The notes under the pieces: model-generated | What the model was told of the DNA's origin: nothing | Database searches by the model: none | What the model saw: only the letters and a program-made list of their open reading frames with translations | Shown: positions 8,981-18,300 of the stretch, piece by piece | How positions within the stretch are numbered: position 1 is the first letter of the stretch | Layout of the letters: the number at the start of each line of letters is the position of its first letter | Virus record (IMG/VR): IMGVR_UViG_3300005077_000003 | Coordinates: 64,001 to 128,000 of that record | From: a virus | Length of the DNA: 64,000 nucleotides | Direction: 5' to 3' (one strand) | Made by a program: the position numbers and the translations under genes

Positions 8981-10510
8981 ATGGCTTATCCGCATCTTCC
9001 TGGAGTTACGCTAAACTTAGCTGACCTAGGACTTAAGATTGCGCCACCGCCTGCTGGTCCTAAAGTAACTTTACTTGGTGTTACATGCAATACTGGAGTT
9101 CCACTACTAGAGCCATTATCAGTAACCAACGTAGGTAAAACTATTAATGCTCTATGGGCTTCTGGTGCTACATCATCATTAACATTCCCAAGTGAACTTG
9201 CTTTAGCGGTAGAAGAAGCATCCGCTGCTGGCGCTGAAAACATTGAAATATTAGTCATTGCCAATCCAACTGGCAATGATTATGACTATTGGATTGATCC
9301 AACAAGTGCTGTTGGACGATCTGCGCGCTTCTCGGCGCTTAGTGGAGCATATGATGTATTGCTTCAATCCAACGTAGACGTTGTTCATCCAGTAAATGCC
9401 TGGATTGATAATCCCGGTAGCACTATTAGATTTGGGAGCCAACTAGCTAATTTCTGTCACCAAAAATCAAAAGAGTTTGATAATACTTGTGTTGGAGTTC
9501 TTCCAATGATGACTCCAGTAGAGTGGGCTCAAACTATGACTGGCAGAATAACCGGTGGGGGTTTTAGCTTCTCTGCCACAGTTTCTGGAGAAATGTCGGA
9601 TGTTACTGGTGCAGCAGATAGATATTTTGGTTCTGCTTCAAGTGCACTAGTAACAGAATGGGCAAAATATGCTTCAAATGTTTCTGCAGATCCAACTTGC
9701 TATTATACTCCTGAATTCTCAGGTTACTTAGCAGGCTCTGAAGATACTACTAATACTTATTATCCAACAAACTATGAAAACGAAGCTACTGCAGTTAACT
9801 CTGCTTACTGGACATACTGGCAGGCGGTTGATGCTGATGGTACTGCAGCTACAGACCAAAAGGGAAATAAAGTTGACGCAGGCAGAAGAGTGTGCGTATT
9901 TGGATGCCCAGTAGTTACTAACGGTACTCAAACATCATTGCTCGCGGCTGGAGTTGGAGCATCGTTAACTAATACTGTTTATAACACCAATGGCGCTGCT
10001 GCATATGCTGCTAGAATAACTACACTAGCACCACAGTCTGCAACTACCAATAAACCAATTTACAACCTAACTTATTCGCGTCCTCTTTCTGGTTCGCAAG
10101 CTAATAAACTTGCAGGAAGACGTATTACCACCATGCACAATAGAGCCAATGGCTTCGTTGTTACTAGTGGTATAACTGGCGCCCATAACGTTAGCAAGTA
10201 TGTAAGATCTGACTTCGTAAGACTAACCACGATTAGAATCGTTGACTCAGTCGTTAACCTGACCAGATCAGTATCTGACAAATATATTGGCGAGCCCAAT
10301 ACTGCAACAGCACGTAATGCGCTATACAATGACATAGAAAAATACCTGAAGCAGATGCGCGTTGCAAATGCATTAAGAGGTTGGACTATGTATATTTCTT
10401 CTTCACCAGATCAACAAGTACTAGGTGAAGCTACCATTGACCTTACCTTAGTCCCAGCATTTGAACTTGTTAAGATCGAATGCAACATAGCCCTCGCTAA
10501 GAGCGTATAA
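8981..10510 (+). CDS. Contractile tail sheath protein
   Basis: N-terminal MAYPHLPGVTLNLAD; C-terminal sheath domain SQANKLAGRRIT...VVTSGIT...LTTIRIVD...KYIGEPN...IDLTLVPAFELVKI; SD GGAGGT at 8970-8975. Confidence 0.92.
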   Translation: MAYPHLPGVTLNLADLGLKIAPPPAGPKVTLLGVTCNTGVPLLEPLSVTNVGKTINALWASGATSSLTFPSELALAVEEASAAGAENIEILVIANPTGNDYDYWIDPTSAVGRSARFSALSGAYDVLLQSNVDVVHPVNAWIDNPGSTIRFGSQLANFCHQKSKEFDNTCVGVLPMMTPVEWAQTMTGRITGGGFSFSATVSGEMSDVTGAADRYFGSASSALVTEWAKYASNVSADPTCYYTPEFSGYLAGSEDTTNTYYPTNYENEATAVNSAYWTYWQAVDADGTAATDQKGNKVDAGRRVCVFGCPVVTNGTQTSLLAAGVGASLTNTVYNTNGAAAYAARITTLAPQSATTNKPIYNLTYSRPLSGSQANKLAGRRITTMHNRANGFVVTSGITGAHNVSKYVRSDFVRLTTIRIVDSVVNLTRSVSDKYIGEPNTATARNALYNDIEKYLKQMRVANALRGWTMYISSSPDQQVLGEATIDLTLVPAFELVKIECNIALAKSV

Positions 10511-10523
10511 GGAGGATTGAACT

Positions 10524-11195
10524 ATGGCTAGTACATTAGATAGTTATACTAAGAGCTATAACTCATTCTCTGGTGCTGATATGGTTGTAACCTTCGGTAA
10601 ATATATTATCGGAGAGCTACAGGGTATATCATATACAATACAAAGAGAAAAGGCTCCACAGTATGTACTAGGTCAATCTGACCCAGTATCATTTTCAAGA
10701 GGGAAGCGCGGGATAGCAGGTTCTTGTGTATTCCTGGTATTTGACCGGTCTGCATTACTTGATGCGTTCCAGGATACGCCATTCTTAGCATGGGAGCATG
10801 AATTTGCTGCACTCGTATCCGATCCAATAGTAAGTGCGCCCGTCCTGATAACAGCAGGATTAAGCAGTGCTTCTTCTGGGTATGGTCAACCTCAAACCGC
10901 CAACTCTTTTGCGGTTGCTAATTCAATTCAAATTAGCAAAATACTTGCGCGCCCCGCTTACCATGACCAAGTATTACCATTTGAAATAGTGGTTACTGGT
11001 GCAAACGAGTATGGTGCTACAGCATCCATGAAAATACACGGTGTCGAAGTCATCAATGTCGGCTCCGGGTTCTCAATTGATGATATGCAAATTGATGAAG
11101 CTTGTACTTGGATAGCCAAGGGTATTACCAACTGGCGTCCAGGAATACAAATACATATTCCTAACTATACTCTACCTACTACTATCGCTGGCTAG
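10524..11195 (+). CDS. Tail tube protein
   Basis: Follows the sheath gene. SFSGADMVVTF...GELQGISYTIQREKAPQYVLG...SFSRGKRGIAGSCVF and IHGVEVINVGSGFSIDD are tube-fold motifs. SD AAGGAGG at 10509-10515. Confidence 0.88.
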   Translation: MASTLDSYTKSYNSFSGADMVVTFGKYIIGELQGISYTIQREKAPQYVLGQSDPVSFSRGKRGIAGSCVFLVFDRSALLDAFQDTPFLAWEHEFAALVSDPIVSAPVLITAGLSSASSGYGQPQTANSFAVANSIQISKILARPAYHDQVLPFEIVVTGANEYGATASMKIHGVEVINVGSGFSIDDMQIDEACTWIAKGITNWRPGIQIHIPNYTLPTTIAG

Positions 11196-11211
11196 ATGCT
11201 ATAACTATTTT

Positions 11212-11243
11212 GGGTAGACCCAGAAATGGGTCTACCCTTTAAT
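11212..11243 (+). terminator. Intrinsic terminator-like hairpin after the tube gene
   Basis: Perfect 11-bp stem GGGTAGACCCA / TGGGTCTACCC with a GAAA tetraloop, followed by TTTAATTAT (short U-tract). Confidence 0.7.
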
Positions 11244-11247
11244 TATA

Positions 11248-12141
11248 ATGCCTTTATTTGATCCACAAACAGTTTTAGGTAAAGAAAAAGTATCATTTTC
11301 TGGTACTGATGTTAGCGTTGTATTTAGTATTCATGGCAGTATGCCATCGTACATAGCAGATAAGCGATACTTTAGATCAGCACAATTACAAACTATATCT
11401 TTAACTTCAGCAGCATCATTATTCCCAGTTCGCAGATGCGGAGAAGCATCTGCCACAACGCTCACAAAGGGTGCGCGTACGGTTGCGGGTTCTATGGTAT
11501 TTACCATACTAGGACAAGATCCTTTACAAGAAATATTTTCTATTGATGCAATAAAATCTGCAGCCAGAACAGATAGTTTATGGCACATAGATCAAATGCC
11601 ACCAATAGACTGTTTGCTAATATTTGCTACTGAAACTGGCGGTAGAGGATTACAAGTAATCCAAAACATGCAAATATCTAACTGGGGAGAAGTAGTAAGT
11701 ATTGATGACATGTATATTGAATCTAGTTATACTTTTATTGCTGAACATATAACTCCATTTTTGTCTATGGATCTTATGTCAGCAAGCGGCACCAGTAGTA
11801 ATAGGGTTGCTAAAGTATTAGAAGATAGAATGTCAGACATAAGATCTAATGCATTAACCCCAGATGATGCAGCTATAACTGCGATAGGTATTTCTCAGAA
11901 AGAAATAATAGATAAGTATGGATGGCATGCGCCTACTATTATGGCACAACTTGCTAAGGATGAATTAAAATTAAGAGCAGGCAAAGCTCTTAATTTAATG
12001 GATATAGGAGTCTCAAGACTTATAGATAATATAGAAACAGGTACAACAAAAGCTGGAGAAGTATATGCAATATGGACAACAGCACCAGAAATACCTTCAA
12101 CAATATTTGATCTTACTAATTTAAAATATGTCACGCGCTAG
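11248..12141 (+). CDS. Tube-fold paralog (tube initiator / baseplate tube-like protein)
   Basis: SFSGTDVSVVF, LQTISL...FPVRRCG...TKGARTVAGSMVF and WGEVVSIDDMYIESSYTFIA align by eye with the tube protein. Confidence 0.7.
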   Translation: MPLFDPQTVLGKEKVSFSGTDVSVVFSIHGSMPSYIADKRYFRSAQLQTISLTSAASLFPVRRCGEASATTLTKGARTVAGSMVFTILGQDPLQEIFSIDAIKSAARTDSLWHIDQMPPIDCLLIFATETGGRGLQVIQNMQISNWGEVVSIDDMYIESSYTFIAEHITPFLSMDLMSASGTSSNRVAKVLEDRMSDIRSNALTPDDAAITAIGISQKEIIDKYGWHAPTIMAQLAKDELKLRAGKALNLMDIGVSRLIDNIETGTTKAGEVYAIWTTAPEIPSTIFDLTNLKYVTR

Positions 12142-12883
12142 GCATTATCCAACACCAATAACTACTACCTTTTACATAGGGCAGTATTTAATTGATGATG
12201 TATATAGGGTTGATTTTACAAGAAAAGTAACTCATCAACCAATATGGGGGTATGCCAGTAAACAATATGATTTTATTGCCAAAGGTAGAGAAATAGTAAC
12301 TGGCAATATTATAATTAACTTTAGGTATCCAGGCTATCTGACTAATGCCATTAAAGTAGCAACTCAAGATTCTGATACAAATAAAGTTCTAGTTAAATCT
12401 GGAATTAAAAAGGATTCAAAACAATCACTTGGAAACCTACTTGATGATATACACAATGTTAATAGTATTTCATCGGTAATGGAAAAAATAAGCAATATAT
12501 TGCTTGGCACTAAAATAAATAATTCGCAACAAGAGAATACCGCATCTCTTAGTAATATAAATGAAATAAACGAAACATATAATGAACTAAAAAAATCTTT
12601 AGTTGAGCGACATACTAAACAGTTTTCAAAACTCGATACTGGCGTTAAGCACTTAGAATCTCCATTATCAATAGAACTTCCTTTATTTGATCTTGAAATC
12701 CAGTATGGTTTCCAAGGAGTATCTGGTGGGTGGAGAAGAATATTTAAAGATATAACACTGGTTGGAGAGTCGCAAGTAATACAAGCAGGGGGAGATGGCA
12801 GCGGTATGGGTAGTAGTGCACAATGTTTATTAGAAGCATACCCATTTTTTGCATCTAGTACAATAGTTAAAAGGACAGTATAA
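12128..12883 (+). CDS. Second tube-fold paralog
   Basis: FYIGQYLIDDVYRVDFTRKVTHQPIWGYASKQYDFIAKGREIVTGNIIINF matches the tube-fold pattern (YI-G...P-x2-G...G-x-R-x2-G-x3-F). Confidence 0.6.
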   Translation: MSRARHYPTPITTTFYIGQYLIDDVYRVDFTRKVTHQPIWGYASKQYDFIAKGREIVTGNIIINFRYPGYLTNAIKVATQDSDTNKVLVKSGIKKDSKQSLGNLLDDIHNVNSISSVMEKISNILLGTKINNSQQENTASLSNINEINETYNELKKSLVERHTKQFSKLDTGVKHLESPLSIELPLFDLEIQYGFQGVSGGWRRIFKDITLVGESQVIQAGGDGSGMGSSAQCLLEAYPFFASSTIVKRTV

Positions 12884-13239
12884 TGAATATGTTACCAGAA
12901 GACGTAAAGGAAGCCGCCGAAAAAGCAAAGGCCGATGGCTTCCGTCCATATTGGATTACACTTAATGGCGTTAGTTTTGTATATAGACCAATTAAGCGTA
13001 AAGAATGGAGAGAATTAACTAGAGCTCAAAATAAAGAGCTTGTTGCTTCTCAAGAAGATCCTCTAGAATTGGCTGAAATAAAGGCTAAATATGTTGAGGA
13101 AATAGTAAAAATGTGTGTTCTATGGAGCGAGCTACCTATTGATGACAATCTAGGTGCAGGCTATGTAGAAACACTTTCCGACGCAATCTTAATAGATTCA
13201 GGTTTTGGTTCTCCTGATGTTCCTTCAGTTGAAGTATAA
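12883..13239 (+). CDS. Tail assembly chaperone
   Basis: 118-aa acidic protein with FVYRPIKRKEW...EEIVKMCVLW...LSDAILIDSGF, placed between tube genes and the tape-measure region. Confidence 0.65.
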   Translation: MNMLPEDVKEAAEKAKADGFRPYWITLNGVSFVYRPIKRKEWRELTRAQNKELVASQEDPLELAEIKAKYVEEIVKMCVLWSELPIDDNLGAGYVETLSDAILIDSGFGSPDVPSVEV

Positions 13240-13874
13240 TGGAAAACAATGTACTGGATAAGTACACAGAGCTAATACTTCAAGGTAACAAAGACATATT
13301 TATTACCGAACTCGGGGGCTTGTCATTTATTTGCAAGCCCCTTACTTATTATCAGTATAAGCTTTGTTTAGATATAGAAAAGAATGTGGGCGCACCAGAT
13401 TCTAATGAAGCCATTCTAAAATTATCAATTATATTTCCAGAAAGGAATGAGTTAGAAAATTGGATAGATAGCACAAACGCCTGTTTCCCAGATATATTAG
13501 CAGATAAAATCCTAGCTAAATCTAGTTTTAAAAGCCAAGAAGATATATATAGCTTATATCTTTCATCCAGGGATGATGTTGAAAAAGACTTTATTGGCTT
13601 AGCACAAATATATATTTGCACCGCATTTAAGGCCATATCGCCAGCAGATATAGATAAAATGCCAATGAAAGATATTATGTGCCTACTAGTAAAGGCAGAA
13701 GAAGCTTTAGGTAAAAAGATTAATATAGAAGAATTATTTAATATAGAATCAGAAGGTAAACAAAAAATACCTATTCCTCCAGGAATGGAGTCAACTGCTT
13801 TTGATCCTTTCTCTAAAGAGTATATGTTAGATCCAGATAATGCGAGCCCAATACCACCAGAGGCATTCAGATAA
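13239..13874 (+). CDS. Tail assembly chaperone, second paralog
   Basis: FICKPLTYYQY...EAILKLSII...LADKILAKSSF parallels the previous ORF; TAATG-coupled. Confidence 0.55.
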   Translation: MENNVLDKYTELILQGNKDIFITELGGLSFICKPLTYYQYKLCLDIEKNVGAPDSNEAILKLSIIFPERNELENWIDSTNACFPDILADKILAKSSFKSQEDIYSLYLSSRDDVEKDFIGLAQIYICTAFKAISPADIDKMPMKDIMCLLVKAEEALGKKINIEELFNIESEGKQKIPIPPGMESTAFDPFSKEYMLDPDNASPIPPEAFR

Positions 13875-15322
13875 TGGCCAGGCAAGGAGAAGAGCCTAGG
13901 TATACTGGTCCACGCGAGGGTGAACTAGAAGCCTATAATGCAGAAGTAGATCAGGCCAATGAGCGTGATGCTAGTTGGCTAGCCAAAATAGCTATAATAG
14001 GTTTTGGTACACACGTACTAGGAAGGGCAGTTGGGCGAAATATAATTGCTGATATTATCCACACTGGTGGATTAATGTCCAAGTGGGCTGGCGGCCTCTA
14101 TAAGAGAAAAGGCAAATCTTTATTAAGACCAGAAGTATACAATAGAGTTGCTAGGGCTATTGATGATAATAGTGGCGTTTCTGGTGAGGTAATAAAAAGA
14201 ACCTGGGAAGGTTCAAACCTAGAAGAAATAGAGGGCGTAAGAAGGCTAATAGAGATGTCCTCTATTATAGGGGATCCTAAAAATATTACTTCCCGCCCTA
14301 GACTAATAGAGTTTTTTAAAGAAGAGCTCGCCAGAGATGCGCGGGTTCTTCAAAGACCAACACCTTTACAAAAAGAAATGTCGCATAGCCTAGATAGGCT
14401 AACCTTTGGTGACATTCTAGAAAATGAATCATATTTCTTTAGACCAAAAGAAATAGCAAAGTCATACCAAATAGAATCTATTAATCTTGCAATAGATCAA
14501 GGGCTTATAACAAAAGAAACAGTAGTAGGACCAAAACTATTTAAGCGCCTCGATAAACAAGGCAAGTTTGCATCACTAATAGATTTAAGACTTACTGATC
14601 CAAGATATGCACTTGAAAGTGCAGCTAAAATAGTTGGCGACGTAGCTGGTATATTTAGGGGTTTCGCGTCTTTATTTGGTAATGCCAGAACATTAGCTGA
14701 ACTACCAAGCGAGCATCCAGGTGGACCGCTAAGGGTATTTATAAAAGGACAAGCCGATTCTGCCGTAGCACCGCGCAGACCAACAATAAAAGGTCCATGG
14801 AATGATGCAGATGTATTAGCTTTTGATATAGAGACAAACAAAGCCAAAGCAATTAATGATGTAACAAAATTGCATATGGTTTCTATCGCCGCCAAAGAGA
14901 AGGGCGGAGCATGGAAGAGCTATACATTCTGGGATGATACTGCAGTAACCCACCCTGATGTTGTAAGATCTGGCAGTATACAAGACGCCTTAGATATACT
15001 AGAGGCTCATAAGGGTACATTATTTGGCCATAAGATTTTAGATTTTGACTTACCCGTAATTAAAAACTTACGCGGTGGGCTTACTATAGAAAGCGGCGCA
15101 GAAATAAGGGATACACTAGAAATGTCCCACGTTGCTTTTGGTACCTTTAAATCTGGAAAGCTACGCGAGATAGACAGACTAGCAGCTATAGGAAAAGAAC
15201 AAGAGTTCTCTGGACAAGTTCTTCATAAAATACCAAGCGAAATGAGGGGGAGACATTCCCTAGAAGCTTGGGGGCAAAGGCTTGGTAAAACTGCAAAACT
15301 GGAATATAAGGGCGACTGGTAA
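13874..15322 (+). CDS. N-terminal part of a giant tape-measure-region protein; contains ExoI and ExoII of a PolA/T7-type 3'-5' exonuclease
   Basis: LAFDIETN (14816-14839), GHKILDFDLPVI, IRDTLEMS, RHSLEAWGQRLG...EYKGDW. Ends at TAA 15320-15322, in frame with the next ORF. Confidence 0.75.
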   Translation: MARQGEEPRYTGPREGELEAYNAEVDQANERDASWLAKIAIIGFGTHVLGRAVGRNIIADIIHTGGLMSKWAGGLYKRKGKSLLRPEVYNRVARAIDDNSGVSGEVIKRTWEGSNLEEIEGVRRLIEMSSIIGDPKNITSRPRLIEFFKEELARDARVLQRPTPLQKEMSHSLDRLTFGDILENESYFFRPKEIAKSYQIESINLAIDQGLITKETVVGPKLFKRLDKQGKFASLIDLRLTDPRYALESAAKIVGDVAGIFRGFASLFGNARTLAELPSEHPGGPLRVFIKGQADSAVAPRRPTIKGPWNDADVLAFDIETNKAKAINDVTKLHMVSIAAKEKGGAWKSYTFWDDTAVTHPDVVRSGSIQDALDILEAHKGTLFGHKILDFDLPVIKNLRGGLTIESGAEIRDTLEMSHVAFGTFKSGKLREIDRLAAIGKEQEFSGQVLHKIPSEMRGRHSLEAWGQRLGKTAKLEYKGDW

Positions 15323-15337
15323 GCCCTAACGCCAGAT

Positions 15338-18300
15338 ATGCTTAAGTATGGATCGCATGATCCAGTAGTAACTGGTGACCTATTTGACTTTCTCAAAACA
15401 CTAGCTAAACCAACACATAAAGAAGTAAGCGCCACTGCTTCTATTGCTAAAAAAGCAGAAGACATTAAAGGAAGTGTCGGTAGAGTATATGAGTTTGTTG
15501 GTGATGAGCCTCCAAAACTAGTAGAATCTGGTGTTCGTCTTGGAGAAACCGGAGATATATTGTTCAAGCCTTCTGTTCTTAGAAAGCTCCATAGAGAAGG
15601 CAAATTAGAATCTATTTATACAAAACCCGGCCCTAATGCTACTTGGCTCCAAAAGTTACAACACAAGGCTGGTATAGGACCAGAATTCCAAGAGCGACCT
15701 GGTGGCTTTGTTCAAACACTATTAAGAGCAGTTAGGTCTATAAAGGCAATACATACTGGTGAAGCAAAGTTTGCTGGTAAAAGATATAAATCTAGTCCAA
15801 GCTCATTATTAAACGTTGTAGCTGGCAGCACAATACCACTAGAGGAAAGACTGCCTGAATATATTTCTCGTGGTAAATATTATAAACAAGCCGGTGAGCC
15901 AATAAAACCCGGGTTCTTTGATAGGATCAAAGCATACTTAGGGATATCTGAAGACGTAGATATAGTAAAAGCATCAGCTTTTGAGCCAGGTCGTATGCAA
16001 ATAGAAGCAGCAGATCTGCTAATCCCTCCAAAAACAGGTGGATTAAAACCACTTACTAAATCAGCATATTCTGCTACAGAAAAAACAATTGGCCCAACTG
16101 GAACGTTATCAGCCAGAAGAACTTCAGAATTTTATACTTCTAGTGCCAATCCTATAGATAAGCTATATGATTTTGCAAACTATTTAACAATAAGATTAAA
16201 TACATTAGCTAGCAGCCAAATGCTTGGCATAGGATACCGCGCATCAGGTAGCCTTACTGCTAATGCATTAAGATTGGCGGCAATCCCAGCAATATATATA
16301 GCTGGTACTGAAGCAATAAAATATGCTGATTATGAAATAGGCGAGCTAACAGGAGTCCGCCCATCATTCTTGGTATCAGATTTATATACTAAAGCTAGAG
16401 TACTACAACAGCAAGCAAGAGAAACCACTGGAATACGTAAAGGGGCAGAGACATTTGAGCTTACTTTCCCAGGCATAAGTGCCGGCCTAGCAGGAACAGG
16501 GCTAGCAGCCTTAGGCGCATTTGCTACCCTAAAAGGCACTGGATCATTTAAAGCCGCAGCTGCTGCTGGCGCCGCCATTTATTCATTGATAGGCGGCCCA
16601 GATGTAGCTCAAAAGCCAAAAGAATTAGAAGAGGAATATGAAGGCATACGCAAAGTGCCAGTAAGGTCATCTTCCTATTGGTTACTGGGATACGCTCCTT
16701 TTATTGGCGGCCACATAACCCACCATGAGCCAAGTTGGTATGTAAAACACAAATCGCAAGCGTATAAAACAAATATATATGGATCTGAAAAAGAATATTG
16801 GTCCAGCGGCACATTCTTACCAACGCCACAAAATTGGTTTGGTTTAAAAAATATAATTGATCCATATAAATTAGAAAGGGAAAACTACTACAGAAGGCCA
16901 TACCCTACTACTGCTGGCTGGGGAGAAGAGTTCCCAATTATTGGCCCATTAGTAGCAGATACAATAGGTGAGATATTTAAGCCTCGTGTAAGAATGCATG
17001 AGGAAGACAACCAACGTGTTGTAATAAGCAACTTACAACAAAGAGGTGCGCCAAAAGATATTGCATCATATCTCGGTATACCAGAATTGCCAGTATCAAT
17101 TGTAGAATATGGCAAACCTGAAGTATTAAGAGAAAGGCTTAAAAAATATGCAAATGTCGCTTTAGAGCCTGCTGGTATATGGAAGTTTGCTTTACAATAC
17201 TTTGGTATTAGTTTTGACGAAGGATATGAGGAAGCTACTGCTTCTAATATGGGATCCATATCAAGAAGATTCTATGAAGCAAACCTGGGCGGGGCATTCG
17301 GAGAAAGTGAATTCCTTAGGCGCTTCCTACTATCTGATTATGGTAGGGCTTCAAAGTTCAACCAACAATTAAATCCAATACCAAACTATCTTCCTAGATG
17401 GCTACCTGGATCATTAAGCAACTTCGAAGAAGACAGAGCTGCATTCTATGATTTTTCTCTTGGAGATGCATATACCAAGATACAAGGCGGGGAATATAAT
17501 TTACCTGGTGTTGGATATGAAAGCTATACTCCGCTACACGGTAAAGAAGCAGAAAGAGAAGAAGAGAAAATTAAATTTACTGCTAGAGTAGTTAAAGTAG
17601 TTGACGCTGATACTGTTGATATATCAATTAATGGCGGCAGACAGCGTATACGTCTAGCAGAAACTATGGCTCCAGAGAAGAATACGACAGAAGGTCAAAT
17701 TGCTATAGCAGCAATGAAATCTTTGTTGTCTCCTGGTGACAATATAACAGTAGAAACTACAAGAGACGAATTTGATTCTGGTGAATCTCAAGGCCCTTAC
17801 GGACGGACTATCGCGCGTATTTGGAAGAATGGCCTGTCTATTAATAGGGCAATGGTAGACTCTGGACACGCTACACAAATAGATTCAAGCTATGATGCAG
17901 TAGACAGATTCTTAATACTATCCAATATAGCACCATTCTCAAGAGCTTACAAAGATGCAGAACGCCAAGTTCGCCATATGCATCTTACAGAAGATTGGCA
18001 GGCCAGGGTTAATGCTGCCTATGAAGAAAGAGAGGCAAAAGTAGATAGGTTAGGGCTAAAAAAGTACCTACAAGAAGAAGCCGAAGCAGCTAAATTAAGT
18101 CCTCAACTAAGAGTCATAAGAAGTACATATCAATCTGTACATGAGAATCTACTTTCAGAAATACCAATAGTTGGATCAAAGTTTTTCCCAAAAAGAAATC
18201 CAGTTGATTTATATAGGAAGTTTGAAGTAGAAGGATCTGGCTTTGCAAACTGGGAAGAGCCATATGAAACCATATTACGCCCAGCTATATATGATATAAT

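Noticed and set aside
15320-15322. Genome-wide stop-codon reassignment as the explanation for the in-frame TAA
   Set aside because: TAA is the main real terminator here (14 TAATG junctions), TAG ends the protease, capsid and tube genes, and TGA ends others. Very long ORFs are intact under the standard code.
15323-15337. Group I/II intron or second intein at the exonuclease break
   Set aside because: The gap is only five codons, reads as the expected ALTPD linker before ExoIII, and leaves no room for a catalytic RNA or intein.
14810-15410. Calling this region a DNA polymerase I gene
   Set aside because: Only the exonuclease domain is present; no polymerase motifs A, B or C follow, and the flanks resemble tape-measure sequence.
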